In this document: positions 24,165-38,458 of the stretch, in pieces
How positions within the stretch are numbered: position 1 is the stretch's first letter
Layout of the letters: every line of letters starts with the position of its first letter
From: Squalus acanthias
Lineage: Eukaryota
NCBI GenBank assembly: GCA_030390025.1
Contig: CM059453.1
Coordinates: 7,688,001 to 7,752,000, forward strand
DNA: 64,000 nucleotides
Direction: 5' to 3'
The notes under the pieces: model-generated
Database searches by the model: none
What the model saw: the letters and a program-made list of their open reading frames with translations, nothing else
Told to the model about the DNA's origin: nothing
Program-made: the position numbers and the translations under genes

Positions 24165-25345
24165 AAAATAGAATCATAAAAGATAGGAGCAGGAGTAGGC
24201 CATTCGGCCCCTCTAGCCTGCTCTGCCATTCAATGCGATCATGGCTGATCATCCAAATTCAGAACCCTGTCCCTGCTTTCTCCCCATATCCCTTGATCCC
24301 TTTTGCCTTAAGAAATATATTCAACTCCTTCTTGAATATATTTAATGAATTTGCATCTACTGCCTTCTGTGGTAGAGAATTCCACAGGTTCACTACTCTC
24401 TGGGTGAAGAAATTCCTCCTCATTTCTGTCATAAATCGCTTACCACTTATCCTTAGACTGTGGACCCTGGTTCTGGACTCCCCGATCATCGGGAAAATCC
24501 TTCCTGCATCTAGTCTGTCCAGTCCTGTCTGAATTTTATAAGGTTCAATGAGATCCCCTCTCATTCTTCTAAACTCCAGCGAGTATAACCCAATCGACCC
24601 AATCTCTCCTCATACGTCATTCCTGCCATCCCAGGTATCAGCCTGGTGAATCTTCGCTGGACTCCTTCAATGGCAAGAACCTCCTTCCTCAGATAAGGCG
24701 ACCAAAACTGCACACAATACTCCAGATGGGGTCTCACCAAGGCCCTGTACAACTGCAGCAAGACATCCTTGTTCCTGTACTCAAATCCTCTCGCTACGAA
24801 GGCCAACATACCATTTGCCTTCTTAACCGCCTGCTGCACCTGCATGCTTACCTTCAGCAACTGGTGCACAAGGACACCCATGTCTCATTGCACTACCCCT
24901 TCTTCCAATTCTATTGCCATTCAGATAATAATCTGCCTTCCTGTTTTTGACACCAAAGTGGACAACCTCGCATTTATATTGCATCTGCCATGCTTCTGCC
25001 CAGTCACCAACCTGTCCAAATCATCCTGCAGTTTCTCGGCATCCTCCTCACAGCACACACGCCCAGCCAGCTTTGTGTCATCTGCAAACATGGAGATATT
25101 ACATCGAGTTCCCTTGTCTACATCATTAATATATATTGTGAATAGCTGGGGTCCAACGACCGATCCCTGGGGTAACCCAAAATCACTGCCTGCCACTCGG
25201 AAAAAGACCCGCTTATTCCAACTCTTTGCTTTCTGTCTGCCAACCAGTTCTCTATCTAAGTCAATACCTTGCCCTCAATCCCATGTGCCTTAACATTACA
25301 CGCTAATCTCTTACTCAGGACCTTATCGAAAGCCTTTTGAAAGGA
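24165..25345 (-). mobile_element. CR1 LINE RT and 3' end
   Basis: PQGSVVGPQLFTIYIND, FADDTKL, LVRPHLEYCVQFWSP; empty site in the inverted copy near 48325. Confidence 0.92.
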
Positions 25346-25499
25346 CGGGTCGGAGATATGCCGCAACACTGAGCGCGATTCTCTGACCAACCATTGCTGC
25401 ATGTTCGGCCCACTGCTTGGAGAATGGGTTTGTGCATTTATCCCTATCATCAGAAAGTAAGATACAACGAAGATGTCACTCCCTCTATATCAGGACAAT

Positions 25500-25750
25500 A
25501 GGTGCATTGGAGGTCCATCAACTCCAAGTTCCCATCCAAGTCACAACCCACCCTGACTTGGAAATACACAACCGTCCCTTCTACATCGCTGGGTCAAAAT
25601 CCTGGAACTCTCTCCCTAATAGCACTGTGGGAGCACCTTCGCCACACGGACTGCAGCGGTTCAAGAAGAAGGCTCACCACCACCTTCTGAAGAGCAACTA
25701 GGGATGGGCAATAAACGAGGACCTGCAAGTGACGCCCAAATACCAAGAAT
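25500..25750 (+). mobile_element. Crack/CR1-like LINE 3' tail
   Basis: GSKSWNSLPNSTVG; paralog at 47915-48170. Confidence 0.75.
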
Positions 25751-27109
25751 TAATTAAAATTATGCCCTTTTATTTTTCCATGCCCCTCCCATGTTGCAAT
25801 TCTGCCCCGGTTGTGAAATTGTTGCCCATTATTAAAATACATTCCCACCAGTACCTCAAACAATTGCCCATTTTTAACTTGCAAGCCTAATAAAGAGTGT
25901 ATGTGGGATGTTAGACCGGAGAGAGGGCCCTGACTGATCTTCAAGTGCCTGGCCCAGGTTAGCCTGGATGGCGAACTACTAATGGCTGAATTGTTCCTTG
26001 GATTTTCAGAGTGCTGGAAAATCTGCAATTGCATTTTGAATTGCTATTTGTTGCAATTTCTCTGATTCCTTCTGCAGCCTGAAGTCATGTTTGTTCCTTA
26101 TGCTCAGTGTGATTGAGAGAAGCGTCTAAATCCAACAGCGCCACACAGTGGCCGACCGCCGGTATTACATGGGCTATTTGTCATTGTATCATCAGACACA
26201 TCCGAGCCCAACTGAGGCAGACATCCTGTATCATGCCAAGATAAACTCCGAGTCCACCTCACCCTCCCAACATAGACTATCGAAAGTTGTTACAGCGTGT
26301 GCAGAACGAAGCAGCTGTGGCTGGATAATGTCTTCTTCCTGATGCAATGCACTTTCCACCATTGAACAAAAGATGTGATACGTATTGTGATCTGGTCGAT
26401 TTCCACACATCCTCTCAATAGAAGGAAGCGCACCAACTGCCATTTCAATCACTTTGGAGACCAGGCCCATGAATCTTCTGTTATCCAAGCTAAACGCATC
26501 CGGAACAAGTTTTGAAGCTTGCTATATTCCTCTTGTTAAGACACTCTGCTCTTACTGGCATACAGAGTCTGGGTGTATTAAGTTGAATTATAGTAAAGTG
26601 TGGAGTTTTGCTTAGGTGACTCGTTGCGACATTTCATGCAAATTCTTCTGTTTGATGCTTGGAACACAGTGTGATTTTATGGAAATCAAGGTGATTTTCA
26701 AATTGAATTGGAACATTGCAATCTGTTAGACTGTGATGGCAAATAAGTTACTGTTGATTTTTGCACTGAGTTTCAGGAAACCCGACTAACCCGCCTCTCC
26801 AACATTCCTGTTCTGATGTTTATTGGTAGAATCATAGAATAATACAGTACAGAAGGTAATTATTCACCCCATCGTGCCTGTGCCGTCTCTTTGAAAGAGA
26901 TATCCAGTCAGTCCCATCCGCCTGTTCTTTCTCCATGACCCTGCAAATTATTCCTTTTAAAGTATAACTCCAGTTCACTTTAGAAAGATACTATTGAAAT
27001 TGATACTATCACAGCTTCAGGCAGTGCATTCCATGTCATAACAATTCTCCGTTTATACTCTGCAATTTTTTCCAAAATTTACATTCCAGCACCTTGTAGT
27101 ATTCTGCAT

Positions 27110-27540
27110 GTTTGATCGTCACCCCATCCACCACCTTAAACATTCACTCCCTCCACCACCGGCGTATCGTGGCTGCAGTGTGTACCATCTGCAAGATGCA
27201 CTGCAGCAACTCGCCAAGGCTTCTTTGGCAGCTACTCCCAAACCAGAGGCCCCTTCCACCTAGAAGGAGAAGGGCAGCAGGCGCAATGGAGCAAAAGCAC
27301 CTCCAAGTTCCCCTCCGAGTCACACACCACCCTGACTTGGAATTATATCGCCGTTCCTTCATCGTCGCTGGGTCAAAATCCTGGAACTCCATTCCTAACA
27401 GCACTGGGGGAGTAACTTCACCACACAGACTGCAGCCATTCAAGAAGGAGGCTCACCGCCACCTTCTCAAGGGCAATTAGGTATGGGCAATCAATGCTGG
27501 GCTTGTCAGCGACGCCCACATCACATGAATCAATAAAAAA
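27110..27540 (+). mobile_element. Crack/CR1-like LINE 3' end
   Basis: NIHSLHHRR.VAAVCTI.KMHCSNSPRLL; paralog at 46135-46560. Confidence 0.8.
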
Positions 27541-28904
27541 TAATTGTGGCGTCATGTGCATATCTCCTTTGCATGCATCCCACCATTTGTTCCCTGGAAT
27601 TACTGTTGCCGAGGCCTTGTGGAACCCCCCATTATATCCACTTCCCCTCTCTATGTCTCTATCATCCTTCAACGTCATATTTTGGTCCAAGCCTGAAATT
27701 TACTCTCTCTCTAAATCTCTTAAACTTTCTCCACTGTCTTGGAATGTACTTCTCTTGCTATAAACTCTGAAAGCGCTTCAGGACGTTTTATACTTCAAGG
27801 CACTATGTTGAAGTTGATTTTCATAAGAGGTTGTACATCACCCAATATATCTCACATTGGCGGGAGTTAGTGGATTGCCAATGGACACATGTAGATTACC
27901 CATTGAATATTGCAGACGGTGCTTTCAAATGAACTTCCCTGAGGGCACCTGAACCACGCATTGTATCTCAGAGTGGGTGGTCTGAATGGACTACCTGTGG
28001 CGATGTGTAATGGACCTATTGTTTCGTACAGTGGGAGCAGTTATTGATTATCCCTGAAGCCCAGTGTCTCACCCATTGAATCTCAGATTATGATTGGCTA
28101 ATTGATAACGGTGGGGAGATGAAGATTGTTCATTGTATCTCGCACTGGGAGCTGTGGATGCTTGTTTGGGACCCGCTCATATATCCATGCTCCGAAATCC
28201 AGCGGAATTGTTGTGCTAATTTACAACAGAGGAAATACATAATCTAATATATATGCTAAATACCACTGACCTGACAGACAATAGTGAAAAGTGAGCAGAT
28301 ATTGCACCACTGATAAACAGGTAGAAATAACCAGAGTCCTATTATTATAACAAATTTTATAATCTTAGTTGTTCGGTTGGCCTCTCTTGACCTGAAGTAG
28401 AGAGTCATATGAAGCAGATTGTCGGAATATTCCTCCGGTGGCTGTGTTTTAGTCACAGTGTGACCCTCATGGTAAGGTTTATTTCTATTGCAATCATAAC
28501 ACCCAGGGAACGTTTGCGATTTCAGTGGAGATACTGAGAGGGAAGTGTTCACGATGTGCATTTGCAATGTCACTAACTAAATATAATCCCCCAGAAATAT
28601 TCACACTGTCAGGACCACAAACAGATAAAAGGGGATGATTTGCAGTTTTTGTACAGAAGCCTTAACAGGAGACTATTCGTTCAGTTGACTGCACTGAGCC
28701 TGACCGGGGAAAGTTGGATGATTATTTTAAATGTATGTCAAGTGTTCCACTCTCAGCTCCACTGAGCTCAAGTAACAGATAACAAGGGAAATGATTTATG
28801 ACTTTTTAATAAAGCATTGGATACACTAAACAATGACAAATTATGTGTTACATCGTGATCCTCTTCTAACACTGGCCTCGCCATTTTTGAACAAGAATCC
28901 ATTT

Positions 28905-29275
28905 TCTGAGGGGGCTTGTCAGGGTAGAAGCAGAGAAGGTGTTTCCCTTCGAGGAGGAATCTAGATCTAGGGGTCATAGTTTCAGAATAATATGTCTCCC
29001 ATTTAAAACGGAGATGAGGAGGAATTTCTTCTCTTAGAGGGTCGTGAATCTTGAAATTCTCTTCCCCAGAGAACTATGGAGGCTGAGTAATTGAATATAG
29101 TAAAGGTGTAGATAGACCGATTGTTGAACTATCGGGGAGTCAAGGGTGATGGAGAGCGGACAGGAAAGTGAAGTTGAGACCAAGATCAGATCAACCATGA
29201 TTTTTTGAATGTCGGAGCAGGCTCGAGGGGCCGAATGGCCTACTCCTGCTCCTATTTCTTATGTTCTTATGTTCT
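28905..29275 (+). mobile_element. CR1 3' end
   Basis: CR1 3' UTR ending TTCTTATG; paralog at 44440-44780 (minus). Confidence 0.8.
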
Positions 29276-29879
29276 GTACAGTTTGATAACGAGCGGAATC
29301 TAATGCGTGCAGCAATACTTGACAAAATACCCAGATCCATTATTTATAATGTTTTGCTTACACTGTAAACTGATTCTGAAAGTCTCTTATAGAATTCAAA
29401 TGTTGATAAAAGTCCGGCTGTTGTAAAGGAAACTGATGGGAACTGGCAGTGAGATGTGAAGGTTTATTATACTGGGCTGGCAGAGGCTGACAACGTAATC
29501 CAGCTGACGATAGAGAGGTTCATCGTTGATCGCCAGGGTTGTCTATGAATGTAACAGAGGGAGCTCTGCAATGAAAACACTGTTAACATTACTTAGGAAG
29601 ACTGCTATTCTATTAAAGCACATCAAAAACTGTTTCAAAGTTACTCTGACCTTTAAAGCCCAAAGCATTTCAGACATGTGGTTTGAATGAAAACATGTGC
29701 GGGATTGTAAATTTAAAAAGCAACAAGCAGAATTGAAAAATGCTAACAATTAATCTGCGAAATATGCTCATTTTCACAGCAATCCCTGGAATGTGAGGTT
29801 TTTTTCTATCTCATGAACCGGTTGTGTTGAGATATTGATGAGCTCCAACAGTCCAAAAGGATTAAATCCCGCTGGATTT

Positions 29880-30046
29880 GATTTAAGCTTAATCGCGGTC
29901 TATACACTGGACTCCTCATTCTGGAGATATCCTTCATGTTTGTGAAGACTTCAAATATTCACCGATTGCGAGCAGAACCTCTACACTCTGCGATGATTAC
30001 TGGATGTAGATCATCTGATAGCAATATTTCGATACTGGTCTTGGCT
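29880..30046 (-). pseudogene. Gene B decayed ITIM exon
   Basis: Alignable to gene A exon 8 (CTC CAG AAT GAG GAG TCC...), with a TGA after 11 codons, frameshifts, and both Tyr motifs destroyed (distal Tyr codon is TAG). Confidence 0.75.
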
Positions 30047-30489
30047 CTGTAACAGAAAGGAGTGGATAAGAGAGGGAGCAAGAGATACGGGTATGAGGGC
30101 GCTTCCTCGATCAGAATAACCCTCTTTCTCGCTTCTCTGATCATTTTTCATTGTTCTCACTCAGGGAGGGACTCATTCTGAGCTTTGGAACATACAGTCG
30201 TCTGAAAAGACGAACAGGAAATAATCGACTGGTCAATGAGCCTATCCAAAACAGTCAAGACGCAACAATGCACCATGACGACAGTATTCCCTCTCACCAC
30301 ATTGCAACCTCTCGCGGGAGGCAAACATATGTAAACAGCACTCGGCCAATTCAGAAATCTGTAAAATTCTTCTCCGACCCCGAAGATGAACAAAACGAGT
30401 TCCAAGGGGATAACAGTGTCCATGAGGTAGATCACCCAACATCCCACCTAAGATTTGTATACACTGATATTAGCCAAAGGAAGGAATTT

Positions 30490-30948
30490 GTCCTTAGGAC
30501 TTATGAAGAAGGGTTGAGCAGGTTGGGCCTATACTCACTGGAGTTTAGAAGCATGAGAGGTGATCTTATTGAAACATATAAGATACTGAGGGGGCTCGAG
30601 AAGGTCGATGCAGAGAGGATGTCTCCCCTCGTGGGGAAATCTAGAACACGGGGGCATATTTTCAGAATAAAGGATCGCCCTTTTAGAACTGAGATGAGGA
30701 GGAATTTCTTCTCTCAGAGGGTCGTAAATCTGTGGAATTCTCTGCCCCAGAGAGCTGCGGAGGCTGGGTCATTAAATACATTGAAGGTGGAGATAGACAG
30801 ATTTTTGCAAGATAAGGGAGTGAAGGGTTATGGGGAGCGGGCAGGGAAGTGGCTTTGAGCCCGAGATCATTCATGATCTTATTGAATGGCGGAGCAGGCT
30901 CGAGGGGCCTAGTGGCCTATTCCTGCTCCTGTTTCTTATGTTCTTATA
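30490..30948 (+). mobile_element. CR1 3' end
   Basis: YEE.LSRLGLYSLEFR.MRGDLIETYKIL...WNSLPQ; makes up the 3' half of ORF 30151-30858. Confidence 0.9.
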
Positions 30949-31954
30949 TTGGTCCAGTTTCTTTTTGAATTGTTGCAGCGAATTCGCACTCATCACACGA
31001 GCCGGTAACTTATTAAAAGTGTCGATGAGCCCCTGGGTAAAGAATAACCATCAGATATCTAAAATAGTTTTAGGTATTCATCTGGCGAATTATCAGGACA
31101 GCAACACTTTGTACCCAATGCATTACAATGTACGTGCTCCAGTAAACCTGCTTCCAACAAGCGACTGCAGACTGCAAATGAGATAATTGGCCAAGCAGTC
31201 ACAATTTGCTGGCTTTGGAGGAGTTCAAACCACCACGTGTGTTGCAATCCCTATTCTTCTTCAGTAGTGCGTGAAGTTTCTAACATCCAACTGAACCATT
31301 AGAACAGGCAGCCTGGGCCTGAGATTAAGATGTGTGGAGGAGTCTGTCCTCTCCTTCTCACAGTGCATGGCATTGAGAACATCGAGTTGAAGCCAGAGCC
31401 TCGGTATATCGGAAAGTCTGCAGCTCCGACAATGCAGCACGCCCGGAGTACGACACCGGAGTCACACGCGAGCTGAAAGGCTCAAATCGTGACGTGAGGT
31501 TGCAAACCACAACCTTCAGCCTCAGAGAGAGCGCGCTAGCAAATCAGCCAAACTGACACCAAGATACATGGAGGAAGGTGCAAAAATGCTGGAGAAATGC
31601 GATGTGATTTGGCCCTGCTTTGGCCTCACACTATGTGTTTAGAATTTTAACCGCAAGAGATAATATAGTCGGGGAGTATTCATTAGTGTGGTTAACGTGT
31701 ATAATGACATTTAAAGGTGTTATTTAGACCGGCTCATTTCAAAAGAAGTCCAAACCAGAGAAAATGTTCATGATGCCATTTACCCGATCATTTCACACAA
31801 TGGCCACTGCAACATTTCCCTGTTCATGAAGTGAGGAGGCCATTCCACCCTTTAAGAACACCCTCAAACCAGTTCCTATAACATCTGTTTAACTTTGGAT
31901 GTGCCTGTAATGTGATCCCAGACAATGGTCTAAACTCTCCATCTCCTCACTTAC

Positions 31955-32040
31955 CTCAGTTCAGTGGGTTCTCCAACACACAGTATTTCGCTGCACCCTA
32001 GTCTGTAGGAGAGACCCCAACAGGGACATTTACCTTCTTC
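31955..32040 (-). pseudogene. Gene B juxtamembrane exon with early stop (RKKVNVPVGVSPTD*)
   Basis: tgtttcag acceptor, TAG at 31998-32000, GAG|GTAAGT donor. Confidence 0.65.
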
Positions 32041-32828
32041 CTGAAACAGAAAATACAAATGATTCACGTCTCCTAATTACAGATAATTCGCTTCAGTACA
32101 CCGCCCAGTGTCCCTGTGTTGAACAACAGGGTTCGCACTATAGTAACTTGTTCTTGTTACTGTTTCCTGATTGGCTGCGACCAGATTTAATTCCCGTTTC
32201 TTTTCTATCTCTACACTTTCCTAATTCCAAAGCAAGCATTCTCTCTATCTGATGAAGCTGGTTATATCTATCTTGATCTGCTTTGACAAATTCAGTGTTC
32301 ACTGAACATTTTAAGAGAGCGGCCTCTACTGGTGCACAATAACCATTGCAATTTCCGCCAAGTCTTAAAATTGCACCGGAATTTGACTTTTAGTCTGCAG
32401 CAATGGTTCTGTGGAGCATTTTATGACCTCCTGATTCATGAAGTCCTCCGCCAATATGGCCACGGGAGCTTTGAGCTGCCAAACCGTGCTCAGCTTAAAT
32501 TGTCTGTTATGAAATACGGCGCCTCCGCTCAAGTGACAGGCTAGATTTTGCACCCATGTTCTGGACTGGCCCTTGATGTACAATCTTTGAACTAAGAAGT
32601 GAAAGACCAGACATGGGACGCTGAACTACTGACATTCCCCTGCTTACCCCTCACAAGACACCTGAACTCCAGCAAGCATTCCCTTGTCAACTCTTAGCTG
32701 AGATTCAGGGTCAATGATATCTGGGGTTAATTACATTAAGCAATATTTGCTCATGGGCTGAATTCTGATGTCACGTCCTTTTGAAATCTGTCTTATTAAA
32801 GCACGAGTATAAGTAATATGAACCATAC

Positions 32829-32928
32829 CTGTGTGAATCAATCTCTATCGTCACCAAGACAATGATGCCAATCAGAATGAGAACTGCGACGGCGGCTCTG
32901 ATTGGCATGACAAATCTCCAAAATGATC
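32829..32928 (-). pseudogene. Gene B TM exon (GSFWRFVMPIRAAVAVLILIGIIVLVTIEIDSHR)
   Basis: ttttag acceptor, CAG|GTATGG donor, 100 nt phase 1-2; flanking intron homologous to gene A's TM exon flanks; Arg codon at 32897-32899. Confidence 0.8.
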
Positions 32929-33029
32929 CTAAAATATAAAAAAAAATCCGTGCTCGTCATTATTGCACTAAGATTATACCAAGATTCAAGACAGCATTTA
33001 ACAGCATGTAGGGGAAGCTGTTAAGAACA

Positions 33030-33270
33030 AAATGAACTTATTTTTATATAGCGCTTTTGCCGACGTCTCAAAGCGCTATACAGCCAATGAAGTACTTTTG
33101 AAGTGTAGTCACTGTTGTAATGTAGGGAACGTGGCCGCAAAATTGCGCACAGCAAGCTCCCACAAACAGCCATAAGGTAAATCAGCAGATAAATCTGTTT
33201 CTGTGTTATTGGTTGAGGGATAAATATTGGTCAGGGCACCAGAGGGAACTCCCCTGCTCTTCTTCAAAAG
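33030..33270 (-). mobile_element. Deu-type SINE 3' fragment
   Basis: Reverse complement of the SINE tail. Confidence 0.65.
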
Positions 33271-33907
33271 ATTAAATATCGCAGTCTCCCTGAGAGACTG
33301 CATCAATCCACGCCGCATACTCGGATCTGCTCGCTTGCTATCCGAGATGTTGCTTCAGTCTATAACCTGCTCTTTCAGTTATCGAAGTTATCCTGGCTCA
33401 ATTGTCAGTGTTATCGCACTGTATAGTTCTTTCAGAATATCTTCAGTACAACAAAACCGGCAGTAGGCTGAAATATCCGTGAAAAAATGTTGAACTGATC
33501 GACTGTACCCCACTACCGTTACAATGAGAGGAAACATGATTTCATCGAGTGTGTCACTAAGTCAGAAGGTTCTGTTTTATTAAAGACCACACGCTGCTTC
33601 TAGTGTTTTATATTACCCCTCCTATCTTTACAAAAACTAGGCGAAAATAATCAAATTTAAAAAATAGACTCTAAACTTTACCTGAATTATTTCCATCGTA
33701 ACTTTCAGTGAGGTAGCGTTCAGTCATGAACCAGTCCCAAACACTACTGAAATTAAAATTGGATTCTATCCTACTTTGCAGATAAGAATAATATTTCAGC
33801 TCAGTGGAACTGGTACTTGCTGACACTAACACCGTTCAGTTAATCACTTACAGGTGATGGACCGAACCGTTCGCAGTAATTAAATTACAGGAAAATGCAA
33901 TATATAC

Positions 33908-34195
33908 CCCCAGATTGTAGCTGGTACTTTCCGACAGTAACGCCATGCTCATTTACTCCAAAACATGAGATCAGGTGCCCAGTTCCAGTTGGGTGATTCA
34001 GTGTCAGGGAGCTCTGCACCAGGTGCCTATTCAACTCCGAGCAGAGGATATTGAGAACTGAACTGTTCGCAGTGATGTTTCTCCCATTGATGCCCCAGGT
34101 GATGTTTGCTGGTGGGTTGGCTCTGATACTGCATGTACAATGAATCCCACTCTCAGAACTGGTGCAGGTCGGGCCTGATACTATTGTGGGTTCAT
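33908..34195 (-). pseudogene. Gene B C2c exon (open frame, intact splice sites)
   Basis: tttttag acceptor, G|GTATAT donor, 288 nt, EPTIVSGPTC...ISCFGVNEHG. Confidence 0.85.
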
Positions 34196-34659
34196 CTAAA
34201 AAAAGAGAAGTAAAATTGAGATAGTTTCCATTCAGTAGCTTGCAGTGTCTAAATAGAACCAATTTCGGCGTTTCGATTAAACAGAGAGTTCACTGCGCAT
34301 AACGAGTTTCGTTAGAATCAGTTAATTTTACATTCATGTAATGCTTCATCAGACTTTACTTTCCCCTAATTTCGAGCAAGGCAATAAATCAGGTATAACA
34401 TTGCATGAAGCCAATTTGCAATCAATTGATCCATATATTTCCTGGAGCAACATGTGTGATGAGGGTGTTGTCCTATGATGAGAGATTGAGTAGATTGGGC
34501 CTAAACTCTCTGGAGCTTAGAAGAATGAGAGATGATGTCATTGAAACATATAAGGTTCTAAGGGGGATTGACAGGGTAAATGCTGAGAGGCTGTTTCCCC
34601 CGACTGGAGAGTCTAGAACTAGGGGGCATAGACTCAGGATAAGGGGTCGGCTATTTAGA

Positions 34660-37348
34660 ACAGCGGCAGCGGCGAGAATCCGATTCAAAAACAACAAAAA
34701 AAGCAGAGTGATGTCACAGGAAAGCAGGTAGGTGATTGGTTGGTGAGTATTACAGCTCTTTTAGGCTCTATAAGTTAGGGAAGGGGTTAAATTAAGAGCC
34801 GAGAAACTGTAACTTCCAATACTTATTAAATTGAAAACTTAAATTAGATAAAATAATCAAAAATAAAATATCGTTTGAATAAAAGCTTTAACTAATTAAT
34901 TAATAAATGACACAAGGTTAGAGATGACAGGGCAGGTGGTGTGTCGTACCTGCAGCATGCGGGAGACTGCGGAGAGCATCGCGATCCCGAGCAACCACAT
35001 CTGCAGTAAGAGTTTGCGACTCGAGGAACTTCGGCTCAGAATTGTTGAGCTGGAGTACGAGCTGCAGACATTGCGATGCATCAGGGAGGGGGAGAGTTAC
35101 CTAGACACATTGTTCCAGGAGGCAGTAAAACCCTTTATGTTAAGTTGTACTTTAGAGTTCGTCAGTGGTCAGGGACAGGAGTGTGTGCCCGCGATTCAGG
35201 AAGGTATGGGGAGCCAGGATATACTGATGGAGGAGCATTAGCCCTGGATCTTGTCCAACAGGTACGAGGTACTTGCTACCTGTATGAATGAGGAAAAGGA
35301 CTGCAAGGAGAATGAGCAAACTGACCACGGCATTGTGGTACAGGGGGCCATTCAAGTAGGGGGAGAAGGAAGGAATGTGGTAGTAGTAGGGGACAGTATA
35401 TTCAGGGGTGTAGATACTATTCTCTGCAGCTGCGAAAGAGAGTCCCGAACGCTCTGTTGCCTGCCCGGTACCAGGGTTAAGGATATCTCCTCATGGCTGG
35501 AGAAGAATTTGGAGCGGTAGGGGTTGGATCCATTTGTCATGGTCCATGTAGAAATCAACTACCTAGGTAGAACCAGGAATGATGTTCTGCTGAGGGAGTT
35601 AGAGGAGCTATGATATAAATTAATAAGCAGAACAACAAGGATAATAATCTGTGGAATACTAACTGAGCCACGCGCAAATTGGCATAGGGTCAAGCAGATC
35701 AGAGAGTTAAATGCGTGTTTCAAAGTGTGTGTGGGAAGAAGTGTTTTCAATTCATGGGGCAGTGGCGTCTGTAGATAGGTTTTTAACCAAAAAAAATGGG
35801 GGAGTGTTCAGTTTCGGGGGAATTTAGAAATCTAAAAAGAAAAGTGCAGGGAATAGAGCAGTGTAGCGATTTGGGTAAAAATAAGAGGATTGTGACAGGT
35901 AGGGGCGGAAAGTTTAATGGTGGCAGTGCAGCAGAGAATAAGGTGAAAACAGGGATTAATGGTAAAAAAATAAAGCCTCTTTATCTGAAAGCACGAAGCA
36001 TTCGTAACAAGATAGACGAACAAGTGGGACAGATAGAATTAAATGGGTTTGATGTAATAGCCTGTACAGAGACGTGGTAGCACGGTGAACAAGGTTGGGA
36101 ACTAAATGTTCCAGACACTTGACATTTCAAAAAGACAGGCGAAATGGAAAAGGAGGGGGAGTAGCGCTGATAATAAAGAATAACATAAGGAAAGTAGAGA
36201 AAAAGAATCTCGGCTCGGAAGATCAGGAAGTAGAATCAGTATTGGTGGAGATTGTGAATAACAAGGGGCAGAAAACTGGTGGGACTAGTATATAGGCATC
36301 CTAAAGTAGCTATACCGTTGGACAGAATATTGATCAAGAAGTAGTAGGAGCTTGTTACAAAGGTAATACAATAATCGTGGGAGACTTTAGTTTTCATATA
36401 AATCTGGAGGACGAGTTCATTGAATGCATTCGGGACAGTTTCCTTGAACAATGTGTCATCGAACCAACCGTGAATCAGGCTATTTTCGATCTTGTACTCT
36501 GTAATGAGACAGGATTAATGAATAATCTCATAGTAAAGGATTCTCTGGGGCAGAGTGAGTCAACATAATATGATATAATTTCAAATTAAGTTTGAGAGTG
36601 ACTTACCTAGGTCTGAAACTAGAATCTTAATCTTAAATAAATCCAATTACATAGGTATGAGGGGCGAGTTCGCTAAGGTAGATTGTAAAAATAGATTAAA
36701 ATGTATGGTGGTAGATAAGCAGTGGCTAGCATTTAAAGAAATATTTCATAATTCTCACCAAAAATACATTCCATTGAGAAACAACAATTCTACGGGAAAA
36801 CTGATCCAACCCTGGCTACTTAAAAAATTAAGGATAGCATTAGATTGTAAGAAGAAGGTTATAACGTTGCAAATAATAGCAGTAAGCGTGAGGATTGGGA
36901 CAGTTCCAGGAACCAGCAAAGGACGACCAAAAATTGATGAGAAGGTATAAAATAGAATGAGAGAAAACTAGCAAGAAATATAAAAGCAGATTTTAAGAGT
37001 TTAGACAAGTATGCAAAAAGGAAGAGAAGAAGCAAAAGTCAATGTTGGTTCCTGAGAGGCTGAGACAAGATACATTCTTATGGGAAATAAGGAAATGGCA
37101 GAAACGTTAAACAAATATTCTGTATCTGTCTCCACAGTACAAGACACAAAAAGCATACCACAAATGGTGGGGAACCAAGGGTCTAATGAGGGTGAGGTAC
37201 TAAACGTAATTAATATAATTAGAGAAAAAGTGCAGGAGAAAGTAATGGGACGAAAAATCGACATATCCTCTGGAACAGACGGCCTACATCCTAGGGTTCT
37301 AAAAGAGGTGGCTGAAGAGATAGTTGATGCATTGGTTTTGATCTTTCC
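34660..37348 (+). mobile_element. CR1 LINE 5' portion: 5'UTR, ORF1 (zinc finger + SGNH esterase), ORF2 APE endonuclease; RT deleted
   Basis: CxxC...HIC, VVVVGDSIFRG...CCLPGTRVKDI; ARSIRNK, IACTETW, GKGGGVAL, GDF, DLVLCNE, SGTDGLHPRVLKE; multiple stops. Confidence 0.9.
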
Positions 37349-38458
37349 CAGAACCATGGAGTAATATTGGTCACTACAGGGATGTGGTTTATATGAAATA
37401 TAATTGCAAAGGCTTCCAACACCTGATTTTTGTTCAGCCACAGAGTAATTGGAACATACAGGCCAAGGGGAGTCCATTCATGGTCTGAGCTAACTCACAT
37501 ATATACATAGGACATACGGCAGAGAAACAGGTCATTGGGCCCAACCAGTCCATGCCGGCGTTTATGCTCCAGCAGAGCCTCCTCCCGTCTTTCGTCATCT
37601 AAATCTATTAGCCTAACCCGCTATTAACTTCTCCCTCATATGCTTGTCCACCCTCCCCTTAAATGCATCTCCACTATTCGCTTCAACCACTCCCTGTGGT
37701 AGCGAGTTCCACATTCTCATCACTCTCTGGGTAAAGAAGTTTCTTCTGAATTCCCTGTTGGATTTGTGGTGACTATCTTATATTGATGGTCTCTAGTTAT
37801 CTTCTTCCCCACAAGTGGAAACATTCTCTCTGTATCCGCTCTATGAATGCCTTTCATAATTTTAATGAGCTCTATTAGGTCACCCCTCAGCCTTCTTTTT
37901 TCAGGAGAGAAGATAACCAGCCTGTTCATCCTTTCCTGATATATATACCCCCGCATTTCTGGCATCATCCTTGCAATTCTTCTCTACATCCTCTCCAGTG
38001 CCTCTATATCCTTTTTATAATATGGCGGACAGAATTGCACGCAGTACTCTAAGTGTGGTCTAACCGAGGTTCGATACAGATTTAGCAGAACTTCCCTGCT
38101 ATTTAATTCTATCCTTCTCGGAATAAACCCTAGTGCTTGGTTTGCTTTTTTATGGTCTTGCTAAACTGTGGCGCAATTTAGCTGGGGCGGTGGTCGGGAT
38201 TCTACAATTGGCCTCAGCTCCACTGTGTAAGAGATGGGAAAGTCCAACCTACTTATTCTTGGAGGAATGGCCACTTGGTTGATGTACCAGAGTAATAGAA
38301 CCTTACACGGGATGTACCGGAGGAATAGAACCTAACACGAGAAAACATGCAACTCTTCAAATCCTTGAAGAGATGAATGTTTATTTTTGGAATAAGCTTA
38401 ACATCTAGTGCGTAAAAGTCATGAGCTGCATATTGAATTTATAGTTTAAAAGAAAACC

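Noticed and set aside
30151-30858. 235-aa ORF as a host gene or fusion protein
   Set aside because: The 3' half is a CR1 ORF2 end and the 5' half is intronic sequence without recognisable motifs
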